A DNA stretch of 60,950 nucleotides, filler included, from Platydemus manokwari (GCA_037951405.1; 5 parts of 5 records of this genome joined end to end with filler, not necessarily neighbours in it), one strand, 5' to 3'; numbered from the whole stretch's first letter, positions 1 to 13,900 are shown. The notes: a model not told the origin generated them from the letters alone. Program-made: numbers and translations.

Positions 1-293
1 TCAATTACTTCATAATTTATTATGTACGTATGGTAAGGTACAATTGCATTTAAAAATTTAGATTTATAATTTACATTTATTAAATAGTTTAAAAACAATG
101 TTATCTTCTTTGTCATAAATGTATGAAATTAAATTTTCAGCCTTATTAAATATTTATTATTTAGTTGCTTTTCAATAATAAGCATAAACATAACTGTAAT
201 ATCTTGAATACAAATGGTGTTTTATTAACACTAAATATAAATAAAGTTTAATTCTTATTTTTTCGATTTTTAAATGCTTTCATTTATTTCTAG

Positions 294-858
294 GTACGGC
301 CTTAGTTATCCAGATCATCTTTATTGTAAACATCACCGGTTTTATAATTGGCATAGTAGTGTCTCTGGAGATTCAATTTCTCCAGATATGACAAATTGCA
401 AAAGTGAACAAAATCTCAAATTATCAGACAAAGAAGGTGAAATTCTTTCCCATTCAAGACTCCGATCTCCTTCCCTTGAACAGCAATTATCCCCCGGAAA
501 TTTTATGGTGCTTGATCGGTCAGTTAAGCAACCTCAGATTTCCTCTAGTGGAATGCGTCATAAATCTCAGAATAAAAATAGTAACTCAATTACAAATGAC
601 CGTCATGACGTTTCTGAATCCTTTGTAACCCTTTATACAGAATCAAATCAAAATTATCCTATAATTGATCTCAATCAACAGATTGCATCTGGAATTCCTC
701 TGAACTCGTCAGCCCAAATTTCAATTGAATCCAATCCTCATTCCACCTCAGTATTCACAAAAGTCTCCATGGCTAACGTTCATCGCCAAGAATTTTATAC
801 CATTAATGATGAAGATGACTTAGAAATCAATTGGCCTAAAGAGACTGTTAATGTTTAA
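294..858 (+). CDS. 3'-terminal coding exon of an unidentified gene; Ser/Asn-rich, probably disordered tail ending ...KETVNV*
   Basis: Long open frame in AT-rich DNA. A pyrimidine-rich acceptor TTTATTTCTAG ends at 293, so the ORF-track Met at 274 is probably intronic. AATAAA at 1016-1021. Upstream exons not resolved. Confidence 0.65.
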
Positions 859-1107
859 ATTATATTCTGAAATCTCTGTAACTGCACTGTTATTGTAATA
901 GCTTTATTAATGTTATGTCATTGTTACCATTCATAAGATGCTAGTTGTTTTGTACATAAAAAGTATGTATGAGTAGATTATCAGTTTATTTACTATAATC
1001 TTTGTATTGTATAAAAATAAAGCATTTAACTAAAGTCTATTTTGAAATAAAATTAAATTTTTAAATAATATTGGAATTTCTGATATTGCAGAAAACAAGT
1101 ACTATAT

Positions 1108-1716
1108 TCATTGTACTGAGTTCAGGTTATCGATTTCTGCATTGTCATTGCGCAAACCTTGGTACTTATTGATAGATTTGCTTCGAACAACCATCTTCCT
1201 AAATGACATCCTCAGTTGCTTGGTAAGAGATGGCTTTTGAGGCTTGTTATCTGTTGGATTTTCTGAAAAATCCAATTTGATATGATCAATACTTGATTCA
1301 CTGTGGCTTATTTTTCGATTTACATTGAAATATTCATCCTTCAGGTCATCATCGAATTCTTGTGTAATATCTTCGACTAATTCATCTTGTGAAAAACTCC
1401 TATCTTTGTCTACCAGCTTAAACTTTTTCTTTTTAAGGTATTTCCTTTTTAAAAAAATTTTCTTCACCAATTCTGAATCTATTCGAAATTTTTTCAATTC
1501 TAATTTGAGCTTTTGAAAAGATCCATGCTTCTTTGGGGATTGATGTCCAGAATCTACTTTAGGTATTGACGACTTACTTACATCTCCATCAGATATTTTA
1601 CGATAATCACTTGGCTGTTCGACATTTAGATATAATGGTTCTTTAATAGAATTATCCATAGATCGCGATCTTTTGTGATTTTTGAAGCTGGCTCTGAGTC
1701 TTGCGATCTGATTCAT
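1108..1716 (-). CDS. Intronless 202-aa basic/charged hypothetical protein
   Basis: Uninterrupted ATG-to-TGA ORF with protein-like composition. Related LRxSF[K/R]..RS[R/K]S motif at both ends. Minus-strand AATAAA at 985-990 and 903-908. Confidence 0.7.
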   Translation of the reverse strand: MNQIARLRASFKNHKRSRSMDNSIKEPLYLNVEQPSDYRKISDGDVSKSSIPKVDSGHQSPKKHGSFQKLKLELKKFRIDSELVKKIFLKRKYLKKKKFKLVDKDRSFSQDELVEDITQEFDDDLKDEYFNVNRKISHSESSIDHIKLDFSENPTDNKPQKPSLTKQLRMSFRKMVVRSKSINKYQGLRNDNAEIDNLNSVQ

Positions 1717-4700
1717 AGTTACAGAGATAGTAACTCATTACCAAACGAACAAATTAACTTATAGAATTATTTGTTTATTAGTGTGTGCGAGTTGTATGGC
1801 ATTAATTGTTCTTAACACAACATACCACTTAAAATTTCACACTATTGATGGGTAATTGAAATTAGATCATCACTTACATAATTCGTTAGCCAAAACATAC
1901 TAATTTGCAATATAATTCACAAATGTATATATGTTTCGATCCTTAATTGTTTATGAATTGTTAGATTTCATATTAGTTAATTAATTTTAGAAATTAACTC
2001 AATTTGTTTAGTTTTGCTTTAAAATATTACTTTTGGATGTATAAAACATGAAATTATTCACATTGATATTTTTTAAAATAGTATTTTGTTTAAACTGTTT
2101 AAATACAATGTTAATTTTTAAAAATTTGAATATATTTCGAAGTTTCCAATTCAAAGTTATAAAAAAATTAAAAACTATTCAACATCATTCCCAACTTAGA
2201 AATCTTAAAATGAGTTGCAATCCTTTCCATTTATTAAATTGAATATTAAATACTGCCGATTATTTAAATAACAATCCCATTTGTCATCTTCATTAGTTTA
2301 AATCTTGCATGATTCATACTGAATTGTTATACTGTTCTCAATTCACCAAACTGAAACAATCCGCTCTTAGCATGTATCCTTCATCCAAATGTAGCCTTTA
2401 AATAGCACAACTCAACATTGCGATACACTAGAGTCTCATACAAACAATGTTTTATTACATAAATTATCTTTAGTGTTCAAATGTGCAAAAATAAAGCTTG
2501 ACAACTGGCTCCATAAACAAGAAACACAAAATGGCTCTCAAAAATATATTATATATGGAAAAAGATTATGGTAATGACATTCGTTATTCGATCAAGTCAA
2601 TGCATAATCTATGTGATATTCCATCTCCTTTAGCTTTCTCCTTTCATGTCAACTGTTTTGTTTTATTTTTGGTTTATAAAAATAAGAATAATATATATCT
2701 ACTTAAATTTGGTTTAAAACAGATGGCAAGCGAATACTGGATTGTTATATATCCTGAATTTGTTTTTATCGGAATGTATCTCTATGATGGTAAAAAATTT
2801 CAAGTTAATTTTTTTGTTCATAGTCGATTTAAATTTAAGTGGTCAAAACAGTAATAATGACTAAAATGCTGAATTGATAATTATTATTACTTGAAACTTA
2901 AGATCGGATGTCGAAAAAATTGTATAGATTTTTGAGTGATTTTAATAATTGAAATGTTTCTCGTCAATTGTTTCTCATCATAGTATTTTTAAAACAAATT
3001 ACACCATTTTTGTACACATTCTATGGGTTATTTTCTATATATATATAATTTAGATAAGAAATAATTAATCAAGCAATAATATTTTTAAAAGAATCATTTT
3101 TATCGTATAATAATAAATTTCTTTTTGTTCACAACTTCTCATGAAATTTAAATTAGTTCGTACTGTAACAAGAATTTGAAATGAAAATGCTGGACCTCAC
3201 ATGTTTAATGTTATATTATTGTTTTTTTAATAGTCAACTGACTCCCATAAAAGAGAAATTTTAAACGTAGGAAAATGAACAATAATCCTTTGAATATAAA
3301 ATATATCCAAAAACAAAAGATCTCGGTCAATAGGTGTCTAAAGTTGAACTAAAGTTAAATTCAGCACCATATCCCGGGAAATATTACAAAATCATGCTAT
3401 GATCAAATTAATGAAATAAAAATCGATAAATTTTTTCTATGAATTTATCGAAGTCTACCAGGTTTAAAAAATTGCATTATCACAAGCTATGCCATTGATG
3501 TCAAAAATACTTTGACTACATCATTATCTATAATTAATAAAATTTAACACGCGCACCATAGTAAAACAGAATGTATGTGATGAAAACATCAATTTGTTAT
3601 ATGAACTTCCACAGATAATTTTATAGATCTTATTATTTAGTTTATTATTCAATCCAAAAAATAGGTTAATAATGATTATTGTCGAAATATTGAATCAACG
3701 TTTAATCCAGATAATGAAGTCGTAATTAATTCTTATGGAACCAATGTCGATGCATTCCATTAACGATTTGCTGATCAATTTATATGACACACTTTACAAA
3801 CACATTGAAGGAAAACAAACAATCGATGAATTGCATACAAATCAAAGAATGATAATAATTTGTTGAATTTTTGTTTTGATTTTGGAATTTGCTGTTGTTT
3901 TCTTTGTAGATTTCGGTATCGTGATAGCTGATAAAGTAATAATCTTTCACAAATAGCTTTCTCCGTTAAAAGATCAGATAAATTGAAAATTGATTCTTGT
4001 ATTTTATTAAGTATTTATATTATTTGTAAGCAAAATGTAGATATTGATTTTATTAAATTATTGATTATAAGAATTAGAAAATATTAATGTGATCATTACA
4101 TATAAGAAAACTAATTTGATGAATATTCTTTAGTTCCGTGGATTTCAAATATTAATAATTACATTATAATTTTTTAAATGAGTTCTATTTAATTTCTATA
4201 TAATTTCGCAATAAACAAATTCAATAATTATTAATTTTTTGAAAATTGATATTATAAATTTATAAATAATGGCAATAGAATTTGATTCTAACAATCAAGT
4301 ATTATTTTTATAAATAAACTTTTTGTTTTTCCTGATAATTCTCAATATTTTAAAATTTATTTACGATTTGTAAATAAATTTACGAGCATTGCCAAGAAAA
4401 CGATTATGAACAAATTATGCAATATAATATAAATTTACATAAAATTCTTAAACGTGGATCAAATGACATTATTGACATTTTTTATTTGATGTTTTAAACT
4501 GTTGACAAGATAATTATCAATTTATGTAAGGAAGTTTCATACTTAAAATTCAAAAGATGTGGATTGATGTTTTATATTTTTTGGATGTAGATTCTATTTA
4601 ATTTTTACTCACTAATTTTAATTTAGGAGTTATAGTAATTTTGTTTACTTGTAGAATACTTGTTATCTCAATAAAATTTTAGGATTATAGGCACTTAAAA

Positions 4701-4734
4701 ACAAATACAACAAGTAGCAATTCTTAACTTGTAC

Positions 4735-5960
4735 CCTTTCCTGTGTGCTCAGCATCTCTATTAATCTGTTATGTAAAGAAAGAATTCATATTTCATATCA
4801 TTGTATTACAAATGAAAATTATTTCTGTTCTTAACCAGACACAAATCTAATTGTGTTAAAATGGGCATTTCGGTAAAGTCCATTTATCAACACTAATTTA
4901 GATCACGGCTTTCCCTGGTATTTTCACAGTGTTACTGATAACCAGTAATCGAATAATAAATGCTTTTATTTTACAATCGATATAAGCAATTTTTTGTTAC
5001 AACTAAAGTCTGCTACAGATAGATTTGGAAAGATTTTAATCAGATAGACAATTATATTTAGAAAATGTAATTTTAAAACTAATGACTTCTTTTTGACTAA
5101 AATTTATCAAAATTTTGAAAACTATATATATATATATATTCTTGGAATAGGTGAAATTCTATAACAAAAAGTTTTTCAATTCGTCATTAAAGTTATAATA
5201 ATTGAAATATTAAATTTAAAATACCGTTTTACCGATTACTCTACAAATACACATTTTAATTTTGAAATGAGAGATTTTATTAATAAACCTAAAAAATTGC
5301 AAATTTAAAACTAATAAATATTGATCAATATTTTGTTTATTTCGATTTTTATAAAAAATATTTGTAGTCGATAAAAATGTTAAACACAGCAATTAAAATG
5401 AACTCGAAAATTGTAAATATAAAATAGTAATCAAACTTAAATGCTTTTCATGTCTATAAAAATGAAAAGTTATCTCTAAAATGTGCCAAAATAAAGCCCT
5501 GGAAATGAAATAAAAACAAATTATAACACCGCATTAATTCAACTTTCGTTTCGTTTCTTAATATAACCATGTTTGTATCATTTATGTTTAAAAGTTATTA
5601 TTTTTTATTTATTTTAGAGGTATTTGGTTGTTAAACGAGTAAAATGTTACATTTGCCTAAACCCAATAAATCCAAATCCACACTCAAATAAAAATAATGT
5701 TACACTATTACAAAAAATTTCACAATTGAAAGGAGATAAAAATAAGATACAAAGTTCACTGGCCATTTCTGCCAAGAACCAACTAGTTTCATTTGTGTGT
5801 TATTAAATGTCTAGAGCATCAATTTTTATTCATTAAAACATTCTAAACTTTAATTTTAGAATTTTAGTTGGAAATTTACCTTATTTGTCGTTATCATCGA
5901 GCCCATCTGAACGTTTATTCCTTTTCATTGGTATGCATCAATTGACAATGACTGTTCAAT
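4735..5960 (+). mobile_element. Scattered, highly decayed hAT transposase fragments
   Basis: ~4740-4780 translates like the hAT CxxH-INLLCKE motif. ~5890-5920 gives LSSSPSERLF, like the hAT dimerisation motif (SSAxxERxFS). No intact frame. Confidence 0.3.
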
Positions 5961-7447
5961 CAAAGATCGCTTATTTTAGATATTCTGATTGTATGTCAGC
6001 ACGTATGCTTGCTGAGATTATGTATAGTCTTAATATCTTATTATGGAGGATTTAAAAAAGCTTCTTGATCAATTTATTCCAAAATTTACACCATGTTTAA
6101 AAATTAAGCTAGCTATTAGTTATAATTTTTCTCAATTATGATTTGATAGTTATTAGATCATTTTTAGTAAATATTACTTTTAGTTTGGGTATGCATTCAT
6201 TAATATTTACTTTTTGATAATTCTATTGAGCATTGGTTTGTTCTTCTTACTAATCTTTTTTGTTTGAAGGCCCTAATTAATTAACTTAATTTTTCTTTAT
6301 TTCATGCCAACGCTTAAATATACAAACAAGTGATAACTATCAGTGTTATTGTAATCGAAAGTCCTGCTTAATTTCCTTAAAGTACTGTTAAAAGATCTAA
6401 AACAAACTAATAAAAACAATGGAATAATAAACAATTTTATAAATAGCAAAGTCAATATAGAAACACGTCAACTAATTAGTAAAGGTTAGACAAAAAGATT
6501 TTTTAATTTCTCAAGGGATAAATCTAAGTAGACAAAAATTAAAAAAAAATCATCAACATTAAAATAATAATGTAAAACAATAATGCTTAATTATAATAAA
6601 ATTCATTACTAAACAAAAAAATAACATTGAACACATTTGTGTTGGTTTCTGCACTAAATTGTAGAACAACACCTTTACGGGAAAAATAAAGAATTCTGCA
6701 GCTGAATTAAAATGTTTAAGCAAATCAACTACTCGAGTGGGTTCCAGAAAATAAACAACACAAATTAAAACTGGATAATAAGCGAATAAAATTTCTGCAA
6801 TAATTTACAACGACGATTGAATAGAATATTCCAAGCTGGGAGTGATAAATATAATCTAAACAATTGTTGTTTTCCAAAAGATTTTCTGTTCAGAATCATT
6901 GACTAAACAAACAAGTAATTGTAGAATAAGACAAGGAAAAATAAGAGGTTACAAAGTGCAAAACTCATTTTATTATTTGTACGTGGAATAAATTTAACTG
7001 AGTTAGATTATATTTTAAAATGTAAAACTTTAAACAACTATAAATGAAGAAAAATGGACTAACATCACTTGCTTATCATATTTAAAATTATAATATTAAA
7101 AAAACATCATGGAAATCATCAAACACGTGGACAACATAAAAGGAAAGTTTATAGCTTCTACTGATGTTGGTTAAATGCATAAATTTATATTGATCATTAG
7201 ACAAATATTTTCTATGTAAAGGAAAACTATTCACTGAAAAGAAAACCCATTAATAGATATTTAGTAGAATCAACTATAAAATAAAACAGTAAATATTATA
7301 TTGATGTAAAACAAACCGTCCCGGTACCGTGTAAAAAATTCATTAAATATATTAAATAAATGCCAAGATAAAGAAAACAACCGTATTACAGAGCAAGATA
7401 ATGGTGGGAATGATAAATATGTTTTGTTAACATGCATTATTCTCCTA

Positions 7448-8372
7448 TCACCACAGACTCCATGGTGTTAATCGTTGCATATAAATGGGAATTCCACTGA
7501 TATTGAAAGGAAGCCAAACTGGTATCTGTGAAAGATTACGTGTAGCCATAACAGATGACACTGATTTCCTATTGGAAATGAGAAACAAAAATTAAAAGTA
7601 GAAATTTGAAAATTATTAGTAAAAATGTGAGGCGGAAAGATGTTTCTGTTTTATCAAATGCTTATCGTAAATTTCATGTTCATAATGATCATTCTAAAAA
7701 GGAAATGTTTCGACTACAATTCATTCTTTTAGAATAAGATTACATTTCTAAATAATTAACATTTATCGGTTTAAAATTCTGGGGTCCTTAGAATAAAGGA
7801 TATTTTGCAGAAAATACGGAAAACTATTTAGCCTCATTAAGATGTAACAAGCAAGAACTAACTATTAAGTAGTGTAAGGAATTTCGTTAAAATATATTAT
7901 ACAGATTTGGAATTTTACAAATATTGGTATTATTGTCTCAATAATTATGACGTAATACAGATTTATAAGATCATCCACGTTACGTCGGTGATAATTTTCT
8001 ACCTAATTATTTCAATAAAGCCCAATAATCATTTCTGCTATTTCGAAACACCAAATAATCAATATTGGTCATTTATTATCTAAGATTTCTTCGAAAGAAA
8101 AATTAAGAAATCTTCAAAAGGTTACAAAAAAGCCGACGTCTTTTGAAAAACATTGTCAAAGCGGGAGCCAAAATAAAATTATCAATAGATATAAAAATTC
8201 CAGATATCCTTACCCATCTTCAAAAGACATAAACATCGATGGTATATTCACAGTACGATTGGTCTCATCGTGAGCCATAGTTATCACCATATTTTGCATA
8301 TTATCATAAACAATCATAGACATAGCTCCAGCATTCTGACTCTTAATGGCTTTAGTAACAAAAGTACATCCT
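7448..8372 (-). CDS. PRADC1: Protease-associated domain-containing protein 1, last two exons (5' exons not found)
   Basis: Exon 8372-8214 (AG/GTAAG) encodes GCTFVTKAIKSQNAGAMSMIVYDNMQNMVITMAHDETNRTVNIPSMFMSFEDG, a PA domain. Exon 7568-7448 encodes KSVSSVMATRNLSQIPVWLPFNISGIPIYMQRLTPWSLW*, matching the PRADC1 C-terminus (..IPVNVTSIP...PPWTFW*). Intron phases are compatible (2/2). Confidence 0.88.
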
Positions 8373-11300
8373 CTAAATGAAAATCAATTTATTATGTACA
8401 AAATTTAGAAATATAAGTTTATAAATAAATATATATTCACAGGCTTAATTCCATTGGTAATATAATTTAGTTTTTTCCCCTCTTTAAATTAAATTTCAAG
8501 TCTGTTAAGTCGGTTCTCACGTGACAAACTTTTTACCAGATAAGTAGCTGAGTAGTAATAAAAATTCGCTTAAAGCCAAAGTTAATTTAAATTTCAACAA
8601 TAATTTGAATTATAATTTAAAGTTAAACTATGTCTTTCTACATGTAGAAGAGTGTCTAGAACAATAACTAAATGCATTGTATGGAGTGGTTGCAAACGTA
8701 TCTCGATGGTTAAGTGATTCAATTGAATTCGTATATGTCGAATCCATTAATAACGCAGAAGTTGTTCAATGAAAGAAAACTGAATAAAGTTGATATTTAT
8801 TTTCCATATAATTTTTGTTTATTTTATTGTGTGTATTTCTTATCACTGTGAAGTCAATTTGTAAGACCAGCATAAATTGAGTTATTGTTATCAAAACATA
8901 TAGTCATAAAACATGAATTTAGCATAAGGATGTAATAATTATGAGGGTATATTTGATTGACAATCCAAACAACTCGTGTCTTTATAAACCTTTATCACTA
9001 CATCTTGCATTCAATATTAATATTCCATCTTATTCAATCAATAATCCTTATAAAATATACAATAAATTAAACCCACTTAACTATTGCAAGCGTATTTTAT
9101 TTCTATGACAGTACCCATTTCATAACGATATTTTACAAAGATAAGAAAAGTAGTTTTCTAGTTGAATTCAATTTATCTAGATCAAATTACTTTTAGTTTT
9201 CTATTTAAGCTACCATTGCAGACTACTGTGTTTCATAGAGTTAATAATTTTTGTCAATTTAATTTTTGTTAACATTGTCAGATATTTTGAAAGAGTCAAC
9301 ATTGGAAAGATTTCATTATCGACAGAACTTTACACCGATTTAATTATCCATTATAAACAACTTATTGCAAACCAAATGTTAATAAATATACATTAGTAAT
9401 AGTTCAAACGTATGATAATATATTATGATTATATAACTATTCCGTTAATGTTATAAGGAATGTTTTAATGAATTTTATTTTCCACGATAGTTTTTTTTCT
9501 GATTTACCTTAAGAATGCATTTTAATTCAGAAACGTGTTTGTCTTCACCAAATATTAAAATCTATTTCAATCATTGCCACTCACAATCACAATGGTTTGA
9601 AATGTAACTCATGAAATGAAGCTAGAAAGCTATTAAGAGCCATTTAAACTAATCTAACATATTCATTTTCCTTACATCCAAGCAATGAATCAAGATGCTG
9701 TAACCAGTTACAAATATGAAAATCCTGCAATTGTTACATTAAGATGAACTTAATTAATTGATTCGGTAAAAATTTAATTGTTTCATTAAGCCGCAAATTT
9801 TGTGTGAACATTTTTCAGAAAGCATTGTTTGTTATAATATTATTCATTTTCAATAAAACAGAATTAGAGACTAATTCATAAATAATTAAACATTCCATAA
9901 TTATTCACATAAGACAATACTTATACTTGGTTTTCGAGTTCCTGTTCTACGAAAAAACTACGAATTTAAATACTCAATGATATTAAAATTAAGATTAGTA
10001 ATTGAATTCAATCAAAACATTAATTTATAATTATATTACACTTCTTAACTGTTTACAACGATCATACTAGTTGTATAACGAAACGATAGTCTTTGCATAA
10101 TCTAACCGGGGAAACATATTATTTACAAATCGGATGCGTGGAAGCTGTGTGAAAAGTCACAAATAATGATATTTTATTGGAATTGCGATTTATATTCTTT
10201 AATTAAACGAAATTTCTAAAGAGGATTAAAACAACCATCTAGCAAATCGAATAGAAATATAATTAAAAATGTATACTGAAAGATAAAATGAGTTATTGAT
10301 AATAAAAAAATAAATAAATAGAAATTATGATTGAAAATTCCAAAATAAAATATTCTAATAACAATACACAATTTTAAGGCAAAAAGCTTTCGAGTTTAAT
10401 AATCTTTATTCAATAAATTTAATCAAAATGAACTTATTTGATAATATTATGATGAATTCCGATTGATTTGCAAGCATCATTTCTTACATAATCAATTTTG
10501 TTTAATATTTCATCACTCACAGAAAAAATAGTGTCATTATATATATTAGCTAGCATAAAATTCAAAACAATAATGTTTGTAAGCTGCTGCTTTTTTAAAA
10601 AAAACGCATCGAAAACGAACTGAAAAGACACGACATTCAATTCTATTCAAAGACAATTATTTAAACAAATAAATGAAATTTAATACCAAACTCAATTCAA
10701 TGTAAATTAAATTCTATACTAATTAAAATTAAATTTGATATTCTCACAATGTTAACACGGGTTATACACTTGGACAAGTTCGATTATATTTCGCAGCATC
10801 TTAGTAAACATAAAATAATCTATTCTCAGTCACAGTTATCATTTATTTTCTTATGACAACAACAATGACATCGAATAAGCAATTATTTCTTTAAATTCCA
10901 ATCCATTACATAAACAAACAAAAATTAATAATGAGAATATTATTATTATATAACTCATTCCAGACACAAAAATGAAACAATTATTTATTCAAATAATATT
11001 CCAAGTAAAAACATATCATTAATATGGCTCGCATTTCTACAAATGAAATATTGACTTATTTATTCATATCACGTCTTGTTTTGTCATACAAATATTATAA
11101 TAAGAATTATTCATTATTAAGTAATCTAACATAATGACATTATATTTGCAATTAATATGTAATAATTTGTATCAATATAATACATTTATTTACAACATTA
11201 TTTTCATGAATCAATATTTTTTGGCTATAATTTTGGACAATAATTTCACATCAACCATAAAAAAGCCACTTTATCCAGCAACTATACCGAAAACCAGCAT

Positions 11301-12407
11301 TTAAAAATGTTTTCTGATGAGCGATGGGATCGGAGTGACAAAAACACCAAATGAACAATAACATGTGAAACATAGAAGAGAAAGATTTATTTTATTAATA
11401 AATTTAAATTGTTTTAAAAAGTATCCGTTTTATGATTGGCCTATTCTGAAACGTTTATGATTGGGTGACGGAATTATTGAAAATATTGATAATTATCAAA
11501 TTGTAATTTCACGCATAATAAAATTAAAAATTCTCATTTCAAATGTAATGAAATTTTGTAACAACAAAAATAATACGATATATAATAATGGAATCAACTG
11601 TAATACACTCGTGATATTACTATAAGAGGGGCAGGAATATTTAAAATAAAATATTTTATATCGAGTATTATTATTTTTAAAATTTTTAGAAGTTAAAATA
11701 GATAAAAACTAATAAATATTCTGAGAAATATGTTGAAGTTGAATCAAAATGAAATTAAAAATTCCCACCACTGAGATGTGAGAAATTGTGAAAATGAGTA
11801 AAACATCTTGGAGTTCTAATCCACAAGCAAATTAATTATTACATAGCGGGTTGGAGATATTATCCGATAATGAAAGGACAACGAATTCATTTTATATATG
11901 GAATATAAGTTAGAGACTATAATGGCAGAATCACCAAACCCTAACAACCTTTACAAGTACTAAGAATTTCAATTTTAATATTAATTTCTAAATATAAATA
12001 AAACGTATTGTAGAAGTAAAAATCGATGAAATGTTAATTTTCACTTAATAGACTAGTCTTTAAATTAAATATTATTTTTTCTTTTGACTAATTCTTCATA
12101 ATAATGATTGTAACCAGATGTAAATCTACATTAATCTTGATAATAATAATTAATAATAATTATCGAACCCATTTAAAGCCACTTCGTTAATTATTATCAA
12201 TACACTATTAATATAATTCTAATAAAAACACATTTGAGTTTTACTAATGATCTTTAGTAATTCTTTTCATTTGATATCAAAATACATTTTAAAAAATTCA
12301 ATTCACTTTAAGAAATGAGATTAAATATCGCTGGCCAGAATTGACGGAAATAGATGTCATGTAAGGATATTATAAAACAAATTTCATTTCAATTTACTAT
12401 ATATATT

Positions 12408-12466
12408 GAGAGAGAAAGAGGGAGAGAGAGAGGGGAAGAGGGAGAGAGAGGGGGGAAGAGGGAGAG
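12408..12466. repeat. Purine-only GA/GGGGAAGA simple repeat running into a gap
   Basis: GAGAGAGAAAGAGGGAGAGAGAGAGGGGAAGAGGGAGAGAGAGGGGGGAAGAGGGAGAG. Confidence 0.9.
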
Positions 12467-12566
12467 NNNNNNNNNNNNNNNNNNNNNNNNNNNNNNNNNN
12501 NNNNNNNNNNTTAATTAATTAANNNNNNNNNNNNNNNNNNNNNNNNNNNNNNNNNNNNNNNNNNNN
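12467..12566. other. Assembly gap with artificial TTAATTAATTAA linker
   Basis: 44 N + TTAATTAATTAA + 44 N; identical structure at all four gaps. Confidence 0.97.
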
Positions 12567-12669
12567 TGAAAAAATGCCTTGGGACACATATGTCCCTGCA
12601 GTAGTTTAATGCGAATATTTTTGAACATTCTCTGGGACTTATAAATTCCCGCAGTATTGAAAGGGTTAA
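12567..12669. mobile_element. piggyBac-type (TTAA) element terminus
   Basis: Ends ...GCAGTATTGAAAGGG-TTAA (CCCT-type TIR plus TTAA). Two subterminal near-palindromes, GGGACACATATGTCCC and GGGACTTATAAATTCCC, each closely followed by GCAGTA. The other end is lost in the gap. Confidence 0.6.
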
Positions 12670-12699
12670 ACTGATGAAAGGCTACAAATTACGAAGAAC

Positions 12700-13900
12700 T
12701 TTGCTACATTTAATCAGAATAAGCGACATTTTCCCCTTCAATATGCTATTAAAAAGACATGCGTGCCTATTGTGATAAGAGTATCAAAGATAAGGTTGCA
12801 ATAGTTAATAATGGCATAGGATACTGATTCACTTAGACTTTCTAGAATACAAAATCTGTCTATGGCAAGATCTAACATTTAGCAGCAGAAACAGAAGCTA
12901 GATGAAACTAGTATCAGAAAATTTCAGTAGAATTACAGAAGTTTCATAACTCTTTATTTTACGTGAAATAGCATTAAGTTTAGGAAATTCATCTCTTTAG
13001 ACTCTTATATGATGGACGATAGTTAAACAAAATTGACGAGAAATTTAAAAAAACTGGTCCCCAATCATTAGGCCAATAATATTAAGAAATAATATTCGGA
13101 AGATGTTAGAGAATATCAATACACCGAAACCCAGATACCAGGAGAAATAAACCCCAGGCAACCAGAAATGACACGGTTTTAATGGACTAAACCAATGCTT
13201 AAACCCATGAACTGTATTCAGCAAACCTTATTAAAAATAGTTAAATGAAGATTTTATAATCAAAGTAGAGACGAATATCTCAAACTAGGAGCATGTTTTT
13301 TCCATTGAAATCAAAAGTACGAGTGTCGAATTCCCCGTTGATGCCTTATCTAAGAAAAAGAAAACCACATTAATCGACCTTCTACATTGAACAAGAGATT
13401 CTGAAAAAAATAATTCAGATGAGTATTGTTATTCGTTATATAGAAAATTCGCAATCGAAGATTAAAAGTTACTACTGAAGTCATCCAGACAAAAAAGAAG
13501 AAATAGAACCCCAAATTTGTTACTGAAATTGAGGCAATGAGCCAGTTGAGTAAGAAAGATAGAATAATTAAATGAGTGAAGATGGCGGAAAACACACAGA
13601 TGATTCGGAAGGCGGATGGTAAGTGGTGGAGTTAGATAACATGTAATGATACAGCGATCGAAATTTTATTGAACCCTGAAGTTTCGATAATTATAAAAAG
13701 TAAAGAAAATTGTAAGTGGATCGGAAAACCTCCAATAAGGAAGTCGAACGTGACACTAACAAAGGTGTTTTCTGACAAGCATAAAGCATGTATAATAAAG
13801 ATAAGAGTACGCATCTGGTGGAACAGAAAGAAACCGCATAATCATATAGTCATGGTGAAAAACATTTGTCCCTGATTCATTAAAAGAATATACATGATGA
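12700..13900 (+). mobile_element. Decayed LTR-retrotransposon (Gypsy-like) gag/protease relic
   Basis: A-rich coding-like strand. ~13270-13310 gives EYLKLGACFFH, like a broken gag zinc-knuckle start. ~13655 gives DRNFIEP, like the retropepsin DSGAxxNFI. Many stops. Confidence 0.35.

Noticed and set aside
2048-2854. ORF-track ORFs of 64 and 118 aa
   Set aside because: F/I/K/N-biased translations expected from AT-rich non-coding DNA; no domain or splice support. The same applies to most other 60-140-aa ORFs in intergenic stretches.
6630-7440. Hydrophobic minus-strand frames downstream of PRADC1
   Set aside because: Interrupted by stops and without motifs; consistent with a T-rich 3' UTR or intergenic DNA.
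12511-12522. TTAATTAATTAA palindrome recurring four times, as if a spaced repeat array
   Set aside because: Always embedded in N runs of fixed length; an assembly linker, not biology or CRISPR.
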